Shown: positions 13,559 to 20,622 of the stretch, one piece after another | Layout of the letters: every line of letters starts with the position of its first letter | How positions within the stretch are numbered: the stretch's first letter is position 1 | Origin: Candidatus Nanogingivalaceae bacterium | GTDB taxonomy: Bacteria > Patescibacteriota > Saccharimonadia > Saccharimonadales > Saccharimonadaceae | DNA length: 32,000 nt | Direction: 5' to 3' | Assembly: GCA_015257795.3 (NCBI GenBank) | Contig: CP072208.2 | Span: 450,001 to 482,000, forward strand | Notes under the pieces: generated by a model | Told to the model about the DNA's origin: nothing | The model's database searches: none | What the model saw: only the letters and a program-made list of their open reading frames with translations | Position numbers and translations under genes: made by a program

Positions 13559-15037
13559 TTACAAGCACGTTAAAAGACGGTTCAAATGAACCGTCTCAGA
13601 ATGAAGACAAACATCGTTTTTGATGTTTGTCTTTTTTATATTCTTACCTAATTCTCCTATAATCCAATAATATTGAGATATTTGGGTAAAATTATAGGTC
13701 TTTCCTGTCATCATTTTTACCAATTTTTTGATATTTAGACACGCTAAAGTAAGCCCAACCTTAGCTTCCATTTTGGACTTTCCTTTTTCTCTGGTATAAC
13801 GTAAGTTATGATATTCTTTAGCTGTTCCGAATAACCGTTCTATCGTTTCTTTCCGGTGTTGATACCGTTCTTTCATACCACTTTGATGGCGAATATCTTC
13901 ACAGACTTCTAGGGCATCTTTCCAAATATGACGCACAACAACTTTTTGGTGCTGGCGACTTTCAGTACAAATCGCTAACAAGGGACAGGTCTTACAAATT
14001 TTAGGATTACTTTTATACTCTCGATAACCTTCACGTGTGGTTGTACGATAAGTTAATACATGGTTCTCTGGACAAAGATAACAATCAAAATGCTCGTCAT
14101 AGACAAAGTCTTTTGGACGTAAAAAATCTTTCTTACCTCTTGGTCTAGTGTAAGGGAAAACTGGTGTAATCCCTTTTTCTAGAAGAAACTTGGCAATACT
14201 AGGTGTTTTATAGCCTGAATCCGCAATAATGAATTCAGGTGAGAATGGTTCTAGTTTGACAAAAAGAGCAGAGAAAGCCTGACTATCATGGATGTTTCCT
14301 GCTTCAACCGTATAAGCTAAGGCCCAACCGTGTTTATCACAAGCTACTTGAGCATTGTAAGCGAAGACCTCCTTATGTTCTCCCTTATGAAACCAACCAC
14401 TGTCTGGGTCCGTCGTTGATTGTTTCTTAGGTTTAGCCTCGCTTTTTTCGGCGGGCTTTAAGAGCTTTTTTGCGTGTTTTTTCCTATCTAAATTAATCTC
14501 AATCTCCAGTTGTTCACTCATGAATTTAGCTTTTTGATCAATAACAACAGTTTTGTACTTATGATTATTAGCAGCTGCCTTGATATGGGTCCCATCAATG
14601 AAGATTTCTGAGGGATCAATGAGCCCTGCTTCCAAAACATGATGAAGCACATGACTAAAAATGTGTGCTAACACTTCCTTGTTTTCAAAGCGTCGGCTAT
14701 AGTTCTTACCGTAAGTTGTAAAATGAGGCACCTTATCGTCCAGAGATAAGCCAAGAAACCAACGGTAAGCCGTATTCACCTCAATATCTTTAATGGTTTG
14801 GCGCATAGAACGAATGCCATAAAAACATTGAATCAACGGAATTTTAACTAATAAAACAGGGTCTAGACTAGGGCGACCATTATCCGAGGAATAACTATCT
14901 TCGACAAGATCATAAATAAAAGAGAAATCAATCGTTTCCTCGACTTTTCTTAGAAAATGGTCTTTAGGCACAAGTTCATCAAGCGTATAGAATCCTACTT
15001 GACGTCGATTGTATTCAGGATTTTCTTTGTGAAACAT
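13559..15037 (-). CDS. IS1182-family DDE transposase
   Basis: 492-aa ORF. The N-terminus (YTLDELVPKDHFLRKVEETIDFSFIYDLV...GRPSLDPVLLVKI...YGIRSMRQ) and the C-terminal LFGTAKEYHNLRYTR motif are typical of IS1182/IS5-like transposases. The last codons and the stop run past the terminal IR. Confidence 0.85.
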   Translation of the reverse strand: MFHKENPEYNRRQVGFYTLDELVPKDHFLRKVEETIDFSFIYDLVEDSYSSDNGRPSLDPVLLVKIPLIQCFYGIRSMRQTIKDIEVNTAYRWFLGLSLDDKVPHFTTYGKNYSRRFENKEVLAHIFSHVLHHVLEAGLIDPSEIFIDGTHIKAAANNHKYKTVVIDQKAKFMSEQLEIEINLDRKKHAKKLLKPAEKSEAKPKKQSTTDPDSGWFHKGEHKEVFAYNAQVACDKHGWALAYTVEAGNIHDSQAFSALFVKLEPFSPEFIIADSGYKTPSIAKFLLEKGITPVFPYTRPRGKKDFLRPKDFVYDEHFDCYLCPENHVLTYRTTTREGYREYKSNPKICKTCPLLAICTESRQHQKVVVRHIWKDALEVCEDIRHQSGMKERYQHRKETIERLFGTAKEYHNLRYTREKGKSKMEAKVGLTLACLNIKKLVKMMTGKTYNFTQISQYYWIIGELGKNIKKTNIKNDVCLHSETVHLNRLLTCL

Positions 15038-15160
15038 AGGAACACCTCATCAAATACCTTTTTCTTTTATTATACTCCTTCAAAGCAAGAAAAATCCCCA
15101 GAAGTATAACTTCTGAGGACTTTGTCTTCAATCTGAGACGGTTCAAATGAACCGTCTTTT
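13572..15160 (-). mobile_element. IS1182-family insertion sequence (about 1.59 kb)
   Basis: Terminal inverted repeats of about 40 bp lie at 13572-13611 and 15121-15160. Each has an outer 22-bp palindrome AGACGGTTCAAATGAACCGTCT and an inner CAGA(A/T)TGAAGACAAA. Confidence 0.8.
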
Positions 15161-15172
15161 TCATGTATTCAA

Positions 15173-15310
15173 CTATCGTTCACTAAAGGAGATTTTAAAA
15201 TTATACATTGTACAATTAGGATTTTTACAAACTTTTATAACTTTACCACGTGCAGCATCTTCTGCATAAAACCATAAAACTTCGTTACATTTTGTGCATC
15301 TTTCAGTCAT
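15173..15310 (-). CDS. small zinc-ribbon protein (45 aa)
   Basis: Translates as MTERCTKCNEVLWFYAEDAARGKVIKVCKNPNCTMYNFKISFSER, with a CxxC...CxxxxC pattern. An AGGAGG SD lies 6 nt upstream, so this is a shorter start than in the ORF track. Confidence 0.6.
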   Translation of the reverse strand: MTERCTKCNEVLWFYAEDAARGKVIKVCKNPNCTMYNFKISFSER

Positions 15311-15320
15311 ATTTGTCCTC

Positions 15321-15431
15321 CTATAGTTTATTACCACAGTTACAACACCGTTCTGGTCGGTCGCTTGTTTTTCGCCCGCAGGTTGGGCATTCAATAGTTG
15401 CTGTAAGAATTTTTTTAACTTGTTTAATCAT
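15321..15431 (-). CDS. small zinc-ribbon protein (36 aa)
   Basis: Translates as MIKQVKKILTATIECPTCGRKTSDRPERCCNCGNKL, with a CPTC...CCNC pattern. It is below the ORF-track cutoff. Confidence 0.5.
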   Translation of the reverse strand: MIKQVKKILTATIECPTCGRKTSDRPERCCNCGNKL

Positions 15432-15436
15432 AATGA

Positions 15437-15580
15437 TTACCATCCAGATTTCTTTTGACAAGTTCCATAATTGCAGTTATGGTAAGAAAGATTGTGGTAA
15501 ATAGCTTCTTTACACCAATCACATTTATTACCGCTTAAAGCTCGTTCACAAGCACAATACCATTCATTAGGGTTTCCCAT
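15437..15580 (-). CDS. small Cys-rich protein (47 aa)
   Basis: Translates as MGNPNEWYCACERALSGNKCDWCKEAIYHNLSYHNCNYGTCQKKSGW. An AAGGAGG SD lies 7 nt upstream. It is below the ORF-track cutoff. Confidence 0.55.
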   Translation of the reverse strand: MGNPNEWYCACERALSGNKCDWCKEAIYHNLSYHNCNYGTCQKKSGW

Positions 15581-15597
15581 TACGATTCCTCCTTGTT

Positions 15598-16011
15598 TTA
15601 TATTTTAAGTCCAAAGTTTCTCGCCCATTCTTCCAAAGTTAGCCCACTCTGTGTTGATAAATCTAAAAGAGCCATTTCTATTTTCGCACGCCCCCCTTCG
15701 ACTTCCGTTTTCCATCGTAAAGCTTCCTCTAGGTTTGGTATGACCACTTCTAATCTTCTTACAAATCTTTCGGTATCTTCTTTTTCTCGAAAAAGTTGCT
15801 TGTATTCATCATGATTTGCGGAACCTAGCTTTCCTCCAATTTCATTGAGGTCAGCTAAAAGTTCATAACGGATATTTTGGGCTGTTTCTAGCACTCTTCT
15901 AGCTAGTTCTAATTTTTCGTTGTATTCCTTTGTAGCAGACTCATTTGCTTGTATTTTAAACCATAAAATTCCACCAGTAATCGCAATTACTAATAACATC
16001 AAAAAAGCCAT
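15598..16011 (-). CDS. hypothetical membrane-anchored coiled-coil protein (137 aa)
   Basis: It has an N-terminal TM helix (FLMLLVIAITGGILWF) followed by a charged helical region. An AAGGAG SD is present. It is the first gene of a tightly packed four-gene operon. Confidence 0.65.
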   Translation of the reverse strand: MAFLMLLVIAITGGILWFKIQANESATKEYNEKLELARRVLETAQNIRYELLADLNEIGGKLGSANHDEYKQLFREKEDTERFVRRLEVVIPNLEEALRWKTEVEGGRAKIEMALLDLSTQSGLTLEEWARNFGLKI

Positions 16012-16109
16012 ATTTTCTCCTTAACAAAACCTCTAAGTATTTGTAGCACATTAAAAATCGTATTTATCTTAATACGAAAAACCTCCTTTTTTTATTTTCA
16101 CTCAAAAAT

Positions 16110-16123
16110 CCCTGCTACAATAG
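16110..16123. repeat. 14-bp inverted repeat, left copy (CCCTGCTACAATAG)
   Basis: It is the perfect reverse complement of 16985-16998. The pair brackets the small serine recombinase gene. Confidence 0.9.
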
Positions 16124-16133
16124 GGGTGAGTTT

Positions 16134-16161
16134 GTTTTAGCGAACGGTCGTTTGTTAAAAC
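16134..16161. repeat. 28-bp dyad-symmetric site, left copy (GTTTTAG-CGAACGGTCGTTTG-TTAAAAC)
   Basis: It has the same outer arms as 16249-16276, but the core is in the opposite orientation. Confidence 0.85.
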
Positions 16162-16248
16162 AATCAAAGTTACCAATAAAAATATTTAAAATGCTGATTT
16201 GACAAGGTTTATAGGCTCTGTCAGGTTGGCATTTTTTGATTTTTCATT

Positions 16249-16276
16249 GTTTTAGTTGACGACCGTTTACTAAAAC
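16249..16276. repeat. 28-bp dyad-symmetric site, right copy (GTTTTAG-TTGACGACCGTTTA-CTAAAAC)
   Basis: It is the inverted partner of 16134-16161, separated from it by an 87-bp spacer. Confidence 0.85.
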
Positions 16277-16289
16277 TGTTGATAGGTTA

Positions 16290-16318
16290 AATTTACTATT
16301 TTTCTAAGGAATTGTCAA
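16290..16318 (-). promoter_or_regulatory. promoter reading through the 28-bp site pair toward the 137-aa gene
   Basis: Minus strand TTGACA, 17-nt spacer, TAAATT, directly after the recombinase stop codon. Confidence 0.45.
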
Positions 16319-16322
16319 TCAA

Positions 16323-16967
16323 TTATAGATGATTTTTTCTATTTATTTGAATACCATTGCGCTTTAGTACATTATAAATAGTTGCGGTAGAAATATTCAG
16401 CTGATTGGCTATATTTCGAACAGAATTTTCTTTTTGCTGGTATTGTGCAATAATTTGCTTTTCTTTATCTTTCGCTATTCCTTTATTACCAAGTTTCACA
16501 CCTTTTTCTTTCGCTTTACGCAGTCCGTCTTTAGTACGTTCAGAAATAGCTTGAAGCTCCCATTCTGCAACATAACCCAGCATCAAGCAAAAGAATTTCC
16601 CAGTTAAAGAATCTGTTTCAATATTTTCATGAATTGATTGAAGATGAACACCATGTTTGGTTAAATCTTCCATAATAGCAGAGAGGTGAAACATCTTTCT
16701 GGTAAGTCTATCCAATTTATATACGACAAAATTTGTTTCAACTCCTTGTTTAGCATAATTCTTGGCTAATTTTAACGCTTTGTCAAGTTGTTGTCGCTCC
16801 TGATTTCCACCTGAGTCTTTTTCAATATAAAGCTTGTCACAGAAGTTAAGAGCTTCTGTTTGAACAGATAACCCTAATTCCTGACGATTATCTGTCGAGC
16901 TAACTCGGGCGTAACCTATGGTTATGGTTTCGATGTTTTCTAATTTGTTCTTGTGATGATTTGTCAA
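16323..16967 (-). CDS. small serine recombinase (resolvase/invertase family)
   Basis: 214-aa ORF with the catalytic IGYARVSS motif, DRLTR, and a C-terminal HTH (VRNIANQLNISTATIYNVLKR). It uses a TTG start with an AGGAG SD. Confidence 0.9.
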   Translation of the reverse strand: MTNHHKNKLENIETITIGYARVSSTDNRQELGLSVQTEALNFCDKLYIEKDSGGNQERQQLDKALKLAKNYAKQGVETNFVVYKLDRLTRKMFHLSAIMEDLTKHGVHLQSIHENIETDSLTGKFFCLMLGYVAEWELQAISERTKDGLRKAKEKGVKLGNKGIAKDKEKQIIAQYQQKENSVRNIANQLNISTATIYNVLKRNGIQINRKNHL

Positions 16968-16984
16968 AATTTCTCCTTTCTTTA

Positions 16985-16998
16985 CTATTGTAGCAGGG
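16985..16998. repeat. 14-bp inverted repeat, right copy (CTATTGTAGCAGGG)
   Basis: It is the partner of 16110-16123. It lies between the recombinase SD and a TATAAT -10 hexamer (17001-17006, minus strand). Confidence 0.9.
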
Positions 16999-17025
16999 TG
17001 ATTATATCTTTAGAAGAATGTTGAA

Positions 17026-17057
17026 ATAAAAGAAAAGACCCACAATTTTTGTGAGTC
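17026..17057 (-). terminator. intrinsic terminator after the 76-aa gene
   Basis: Minus strand GACTCACAAAAATTGTGGGTC followed by TTTTCTTTTATTT. Confidence 0.65.
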
Positions 17058-17074
17058 TGAGAAGTTAGCGATTC

Positions 17075-17305
17075 CTACTTAATTAAACTTTTCTCCCAGG
17101 CGATTGCCTTTTCTTGAACTTTGAGCTCATATGAAGTTCTTTCTTCTAATTTCATATTTCTAATTTCTTCCTGAGCTTCTTGTAATAATTCCAGTTGTTT
17201 AATTGCTGGATAAAGGGCAGTTCCGATTATTCTTATTAACTCCTTGTTATCATCTAGTAATTTATTATGAGTTTGAGTAGTATTTAGGGCTTGTGTTTTA
17301 GACAT
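17075..17305 (-). CDS. hypothetical small helical protein (76 aa)
   Basis: The ORF has a GAGGA SD and starts 15 nt after the stop of the upstream gene. The sequence is coiled-coil-like, and no family was recognised. Confidence 0.6.
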   Translation of the reverse strand: MSKTQALNTTQTHNKLLDDNKELIRIIGTALYPAIKQLELLQEAQEEIRNMKLEERTSYELKVQEKAIAWEKSLIK

Positions 17306-17320
17306 GTCTATTCCTCTTTT

Positions 17321-18460
17321 CTAAAAATTATCATAAATAGTTTTCAAGAAATCAAAATCTTCATTAAGTAGATTATTGCTATGTTTAAGTGCTCGCACAC
17401 GAATATCAGTCATATTATTGCGTACAACTCTCATATTGTAACTCAGTTGTTCAATAATTACAATACTTAGTGATTTTATTGTATTTTGCATAAAGTCACT
17501 ATCCAGAAAATCTTTCTCGCCTATAAAAGTATTACTAAAATCATATTCCATGAATCCATAAAACTCCGTTTCTCTATTATTTATATTATCGCTCCCAATT
17601 CTAAAGATAATTTTTCTATGTTTATCAATCTTCAACTTTTTACTCGTTTTAGGGCTTTGAATCTCTTGGAATCGTTCATCGCTAACTTCATAACAGGTTT
17701 TATGGTTTAAGCTACTCTCAGAGAAAAATAATTCGTCATCAACAAACGATGAGTACATCTTATCTCTAGTATCAGAGGAATAAAAGTATAGACGTATATA
17801 AATTTCATCGTCTAATAATTTTTTCATTGCAAATTTAGTATCTTTCAATATATTTTTCAGAAAATTTTTCAAACCCTTGCAGTAAATTTTATCAAAAATA
17901 GTAATCATTTTAGTTGATAAAATCTTTAATAAAAACATTATACCATCTATATTCGAGGAAGCTGTTAGTTCATTGTTATTTTTTAATGCTTCCGTTGTGT
18001 TATATATTTCGTGAATAATAAGATTAGAAAACTCGTATTGATTAAAGGACTTATCCGTGTGCGTCAAATGAATTGTATTATTCTGAGTTAACCTTGAGCT
18101 ATATTGTAACAACTCCTCTAATAGTTTATTCTTTTCTTTTACCTCGTTCCACTTTTTAATAAAAGAAAAGAATTGAGCAATAACTATAGCAGTCATAAAA
18201 ATGATAGTCCATATTGCAAAAAATTCAGATACAGTTGTAGGTTGTTTGTTTGATATTTTTTCAATTTTAAATTCACTTAAATATCTAAAAAGATTCGATA
18301 CCCAGTTTAGAAAATCAGTATTATCGATGATTAAAGTAAATAATCCAGAGATAAAACCTAATAATGTTATTGCTTTGAACGATAAAAAGTAATCTACAAA
18401 ACTAAACCACTGATTTTTATCAGGAAAAAAATCTATAATAGAGTGAATCATTTTTTTCAT
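17321..18460 (-). CDS. hypothetical membrane protein (two N-terminal TM helices plus a cytoplasmic domain of about 270 aa)
   Basis: The ORF track gives 17321-18478 with a TTG start. The ATG at 18460, preceded by GGAGA, is the more likely start. The TM segments are AITLLGFISGLFTLII and FFAIWTIIFMTAIVIAQFFSFI. No family was recognised. Confidence 0.6.
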   Translation of the reverse strand: MKKMIHSIIDFFPDKNQWFSFVDYFLSFKAITLLGFISGLFTLIIDNTDFLNWVSNLFRYLSEFKIEKISNKQPTTVSEFFAIWTIIFMTAIVIAQFFSFIKKWNEVKEKNKLLEELLQYSSRLTQNNTIHLTHTDKSFNQYEFSNLIIHEIYNTTEALKNNNELTASSNIDGIMFLLKILSTKMITIFDKIYCKGLKNFLKNILKDTKFAMKKLLDDEIYIRLYFYSSDTRDKMYSSFVDDELFFSESSLNHKTCYEVSDERFQEIQSPKTSKKLKIDKHRKIIFRIGSDNINNRETEFYGFMEYDFSNTFIGEKDFLDSDFMQNTIKSLSIVIIEQLSYNMRVVRNNMTDIRVRALKHSNNLLNEDFDFLKTIYDNF

Positions 18461-18592
18461 TTTATATCTCCATTTCAAATATAAACCTAATTTCTTATCA
18501 ACTTATTCTATCATAAAAGCGCTACGGACTCATTTGAAAACACTTACATCCAATGATTTTATTGAATTTATATCTGATTTCCGAATATTTTT

Positions 18593-19690
18593 TTACATAA
18601 AATACTTCTGTTCCATCAAACAAAAGAATACCAATTCATTTTTATTCATTTTTTCACCTGAACCCACCGTAAACTCTATTTTATCTTGTTTTGCGAAAGC
18701 TCTATTTTCTAGATAATTTACAATATTTTCTGTTAAGGTTATCATATCTTTCATTTTCGAAGCGGTATAGTCATAGCTGGCTTTTATAGACAAAGCAAAA
18801 CTTTTAATCATAAAAATTTTATTAATAGCTTCTTTTGGTAAAAATCTATCCAAAGCTTTATAAAAATCTGCTTCGGATTGGCAAAATCCAGTAATTAAAG
18901 TTAATTTTGGGCTGTTCTCAAAGTTTTCTTCAATAAACTGTGTAATTCGTTCGTTGATGGTTTCGTTTTGAATTATTAAACCATTCTGGATAATTGGCAT
19001 TTTAGAAATAGAATCTTGAATCAAAACTTTTAAAGTGGGTGAAAAGAGATTTTTATTATCGTTTAACGTTTCAGGCTTATATAAATCAAAATAAAAAATC
19101 TGCTGTTTGCTTTTTAAAGATTCTTCAATAGTTTTTCTATGTGAATATGGCATTAATAAAACCTCATTCTCAAGATATTTAAAAATGTGCTGGTTAATGA
19201 TTTGCGTTTGTCTTAATTCTTCTGAGTTTTCGGAAGGAATATTCGAAAGATTTACCAAAAGAATGAAAAGGCTTGCCAAGTAAAGTTCATCTTCATGGCA
19301 ATGATTAAGTAATTCTATTTTTTCGCTACCAAAAACAACGGTAGCTTTTTGGGTTTGGTTTAAAAGAGTTGATTTGATTTTAAAAACAGCTTGCCTATAA
19401 TCAAAAGTTTCATCACGGTTTAAATCTTTCAAAACATCAGCTATCCTTTGGGATTGAAATCCTAAATCGCTAATTGGTAAAGCTTCTCGATAAAATTCTG
19501 GAACTTCTTCATCACCCGTAAAGAGGCGGTTACTGGAAACACGGTTAATTTCTGGAATAAATGAAATTTTAGGGTTGTTTTCACTCGCTAATCTATTCAA
19601 AATACTATTGACGAAATCTTCTTGGTTTCGTTTTTTCTTTTCAGATTTTTGCAAAATATAACAAAACCATCCTAATCTAAATTCGGTCAC
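18593..19690 (-). CDS. hypothetical protein (365 aa), with a possible degenerate N-terminal HTH
   Basis: It uses a GTG start with an AAGGAGA SD 6 nt upstream. No catalytic motif was recognised. The N-terminal 60 aa loosely follow an XRE-like pattern. Confidence 0.6.
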   Translation of the reverse strand: MTEFRLGWFCYILQKSEKKKRNQEDFVNSILNRLASENNPKISFIPEINRVSSNRLFTGDEEVPEFYREALPISDLGFQSQRIADVLKDLNRDETFDYRQAVFKIKSTLLNQTQKATVVFGSEKIELLNHCHEDELYLASLFILLVNLSNIPSENSEELRQTQIINQHIFKYLENEVLLMPYSHRKTIEESLKSKQQIFYFDLYKPETLNDNKNLFSPTLKVLIQDSISKMPIIQNGLIIQNETINERITQFIEENFENSPKLTLITGFCQSEADFYKALDRFLPKEAINKIFMIKSFALSIKASYDYTASKMKDMITLTENIVNYLENRAFAKQDKIEFTVGSGEKMNKNELVFFCLMEQKYFM

Positions 19691-19821
19691 ACGATTTCTC
19701 CTTGAGATTTCTGAGATTTTTTACCTGATGAATGAGATAAAAATATTCGCTACACTATAACCATAAACAAAGTCGACAATGTTTATAACATAAATTATAT
19801 CAAAATCAAAGGAGAAATCTC

Positions 19822-20082
19822 ATGAATCATATCCAAAAATCAACCCCAAAAGCAGAACTTTCTCAACTTGTTAATCCCTATCAGTTAAAAGTCGCCAAAA
19901 CTCTAAGCGAAGCGATGGCAGATAATCAAGCCTTAGAGCTTCTAGCTAACGATATTTTATATAAAGTGGGCAATTTGGCACTTACTCAGTCTGAAATACT
20001 TAAAAATACTCCTGAAGCTAAAGAGTATACAGATTATATTCTTAAAGCATTCACTTATTATGCTACTGAAAAAATGAAATGA
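19822..20082 (+). CDS. hypothetical protein (86 aa)
   Basis: The ORF has an AAGGAG SD. It is the first gene of the plus-strand transfer-side operon. Confidence 0.55.
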   Translation: MNHIQKSTPKAELSQLVNPYQLKVAKTLSEAMADNQALELLANDILYKVGNLALTQSEILKNTPEAKEYTDYILKAFTYYATEKMK

Positions 20083-20091
20083 GGTAGCTTT

Positions 20092-20295
20092 ATGATGGAT
20101 TACTTTATAGCTTTTATAGTTATCGTTATTATTACTGTATTTCTTTGGGATTGGTTCGAAAAACCAAAACAAGCAAACGAAAAACACTGTAGCGAAGAAG
20201 AAATTGCTCTGGAGGAATTTCTGGAGAAACGGCAAGAAATCAATGAACTTTTCTTGGTTGCTAAAGCAGAAATGCGAAAAATTTCAAGAAAATAA
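20092..20295 (+). CDS. hypothetical single-pass membrane protein (67 aa)
   Basis: It has an N-terminal TM helix (FIAFIVIVIITVFLW) and a charged helix. A GAGG SD is present. Confidence 0.55.
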   Translation: MMDYFIAFIVIVIITVFLWDWFEKPKQANEKHCSEEEIALEEFLEKRQEINELFLVAKAEMRKISRK

Positions 20296-20452
20296 AAGGA
20301 CTGTTTAGACTAGACAAATGGTCAAAATATGTTGAAATATACTACTGTTTCATTGTTTAAATTTCATTCCAATCGCTCTTAAAACTGAAGGTAGCTAAAT
20401 TTAACTTTTCACCAACTTTCTTGTATAAATATAGGCAGAAAGGAGACCAGCC

Positions 20453-20620
20453 ATGAAAAAACTAATAGCATATATTCTTGGATTTGTTGCTTGTGCTTGG
20501 CTTATTAACTGGGCGTTGAAACTAATTCTGGAAGTTTGGTGGTTCTTGGTTTTGATGACGGCGGTCGTTTTCATCGGCTGGCTTACCTTTCGGATTATTA
20601 AAACTAAAGATTGGAGGTAG
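20453..20620 (+). CDS. hypothetical small two-TM membrane protein (55 aa)
   Basis: Translates as MKKLIAYILGFVACAWLINWALKLILEVWWFLVLMTAVVFIGWLTFRIIKTKDWR. An AAAGGAG SD is present. Its stop abuts the next gene's start. It is below the ORF-track cutoff. Confidence 0.55.
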   Translation: MKKLIAYILGFVACAWLINWALKLILEVWWFLVLMTAVVFIGWLTFRIIKTKDWR

Positions 20621-20622
20621 AG

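Noticed and set aside
15173-15504. The long form of ORF 15173-15394 (73 aa, starting MNAQPAGE...) and the plus-strand ORF 15250-15504.
   Set aside because: The upstream part of the 73-aa frame overlaps a better-supported 36-aa zinc-ribbon frame (CPTC...CCNC). An AGGAGG SD precedes the internal Met at 15310. The plus-strand ORF is antisense to three SD-preceded genes.
16219-16226. TGTCAGGT inside the 87-bp switch spacer matches the inner arm of the element's right junction (25678-25685) and, with one mismatch, the left junction.
   Set aside because: Only 8 bp are shared and the flanks show no similarity. Chance is a sufficient explanation.
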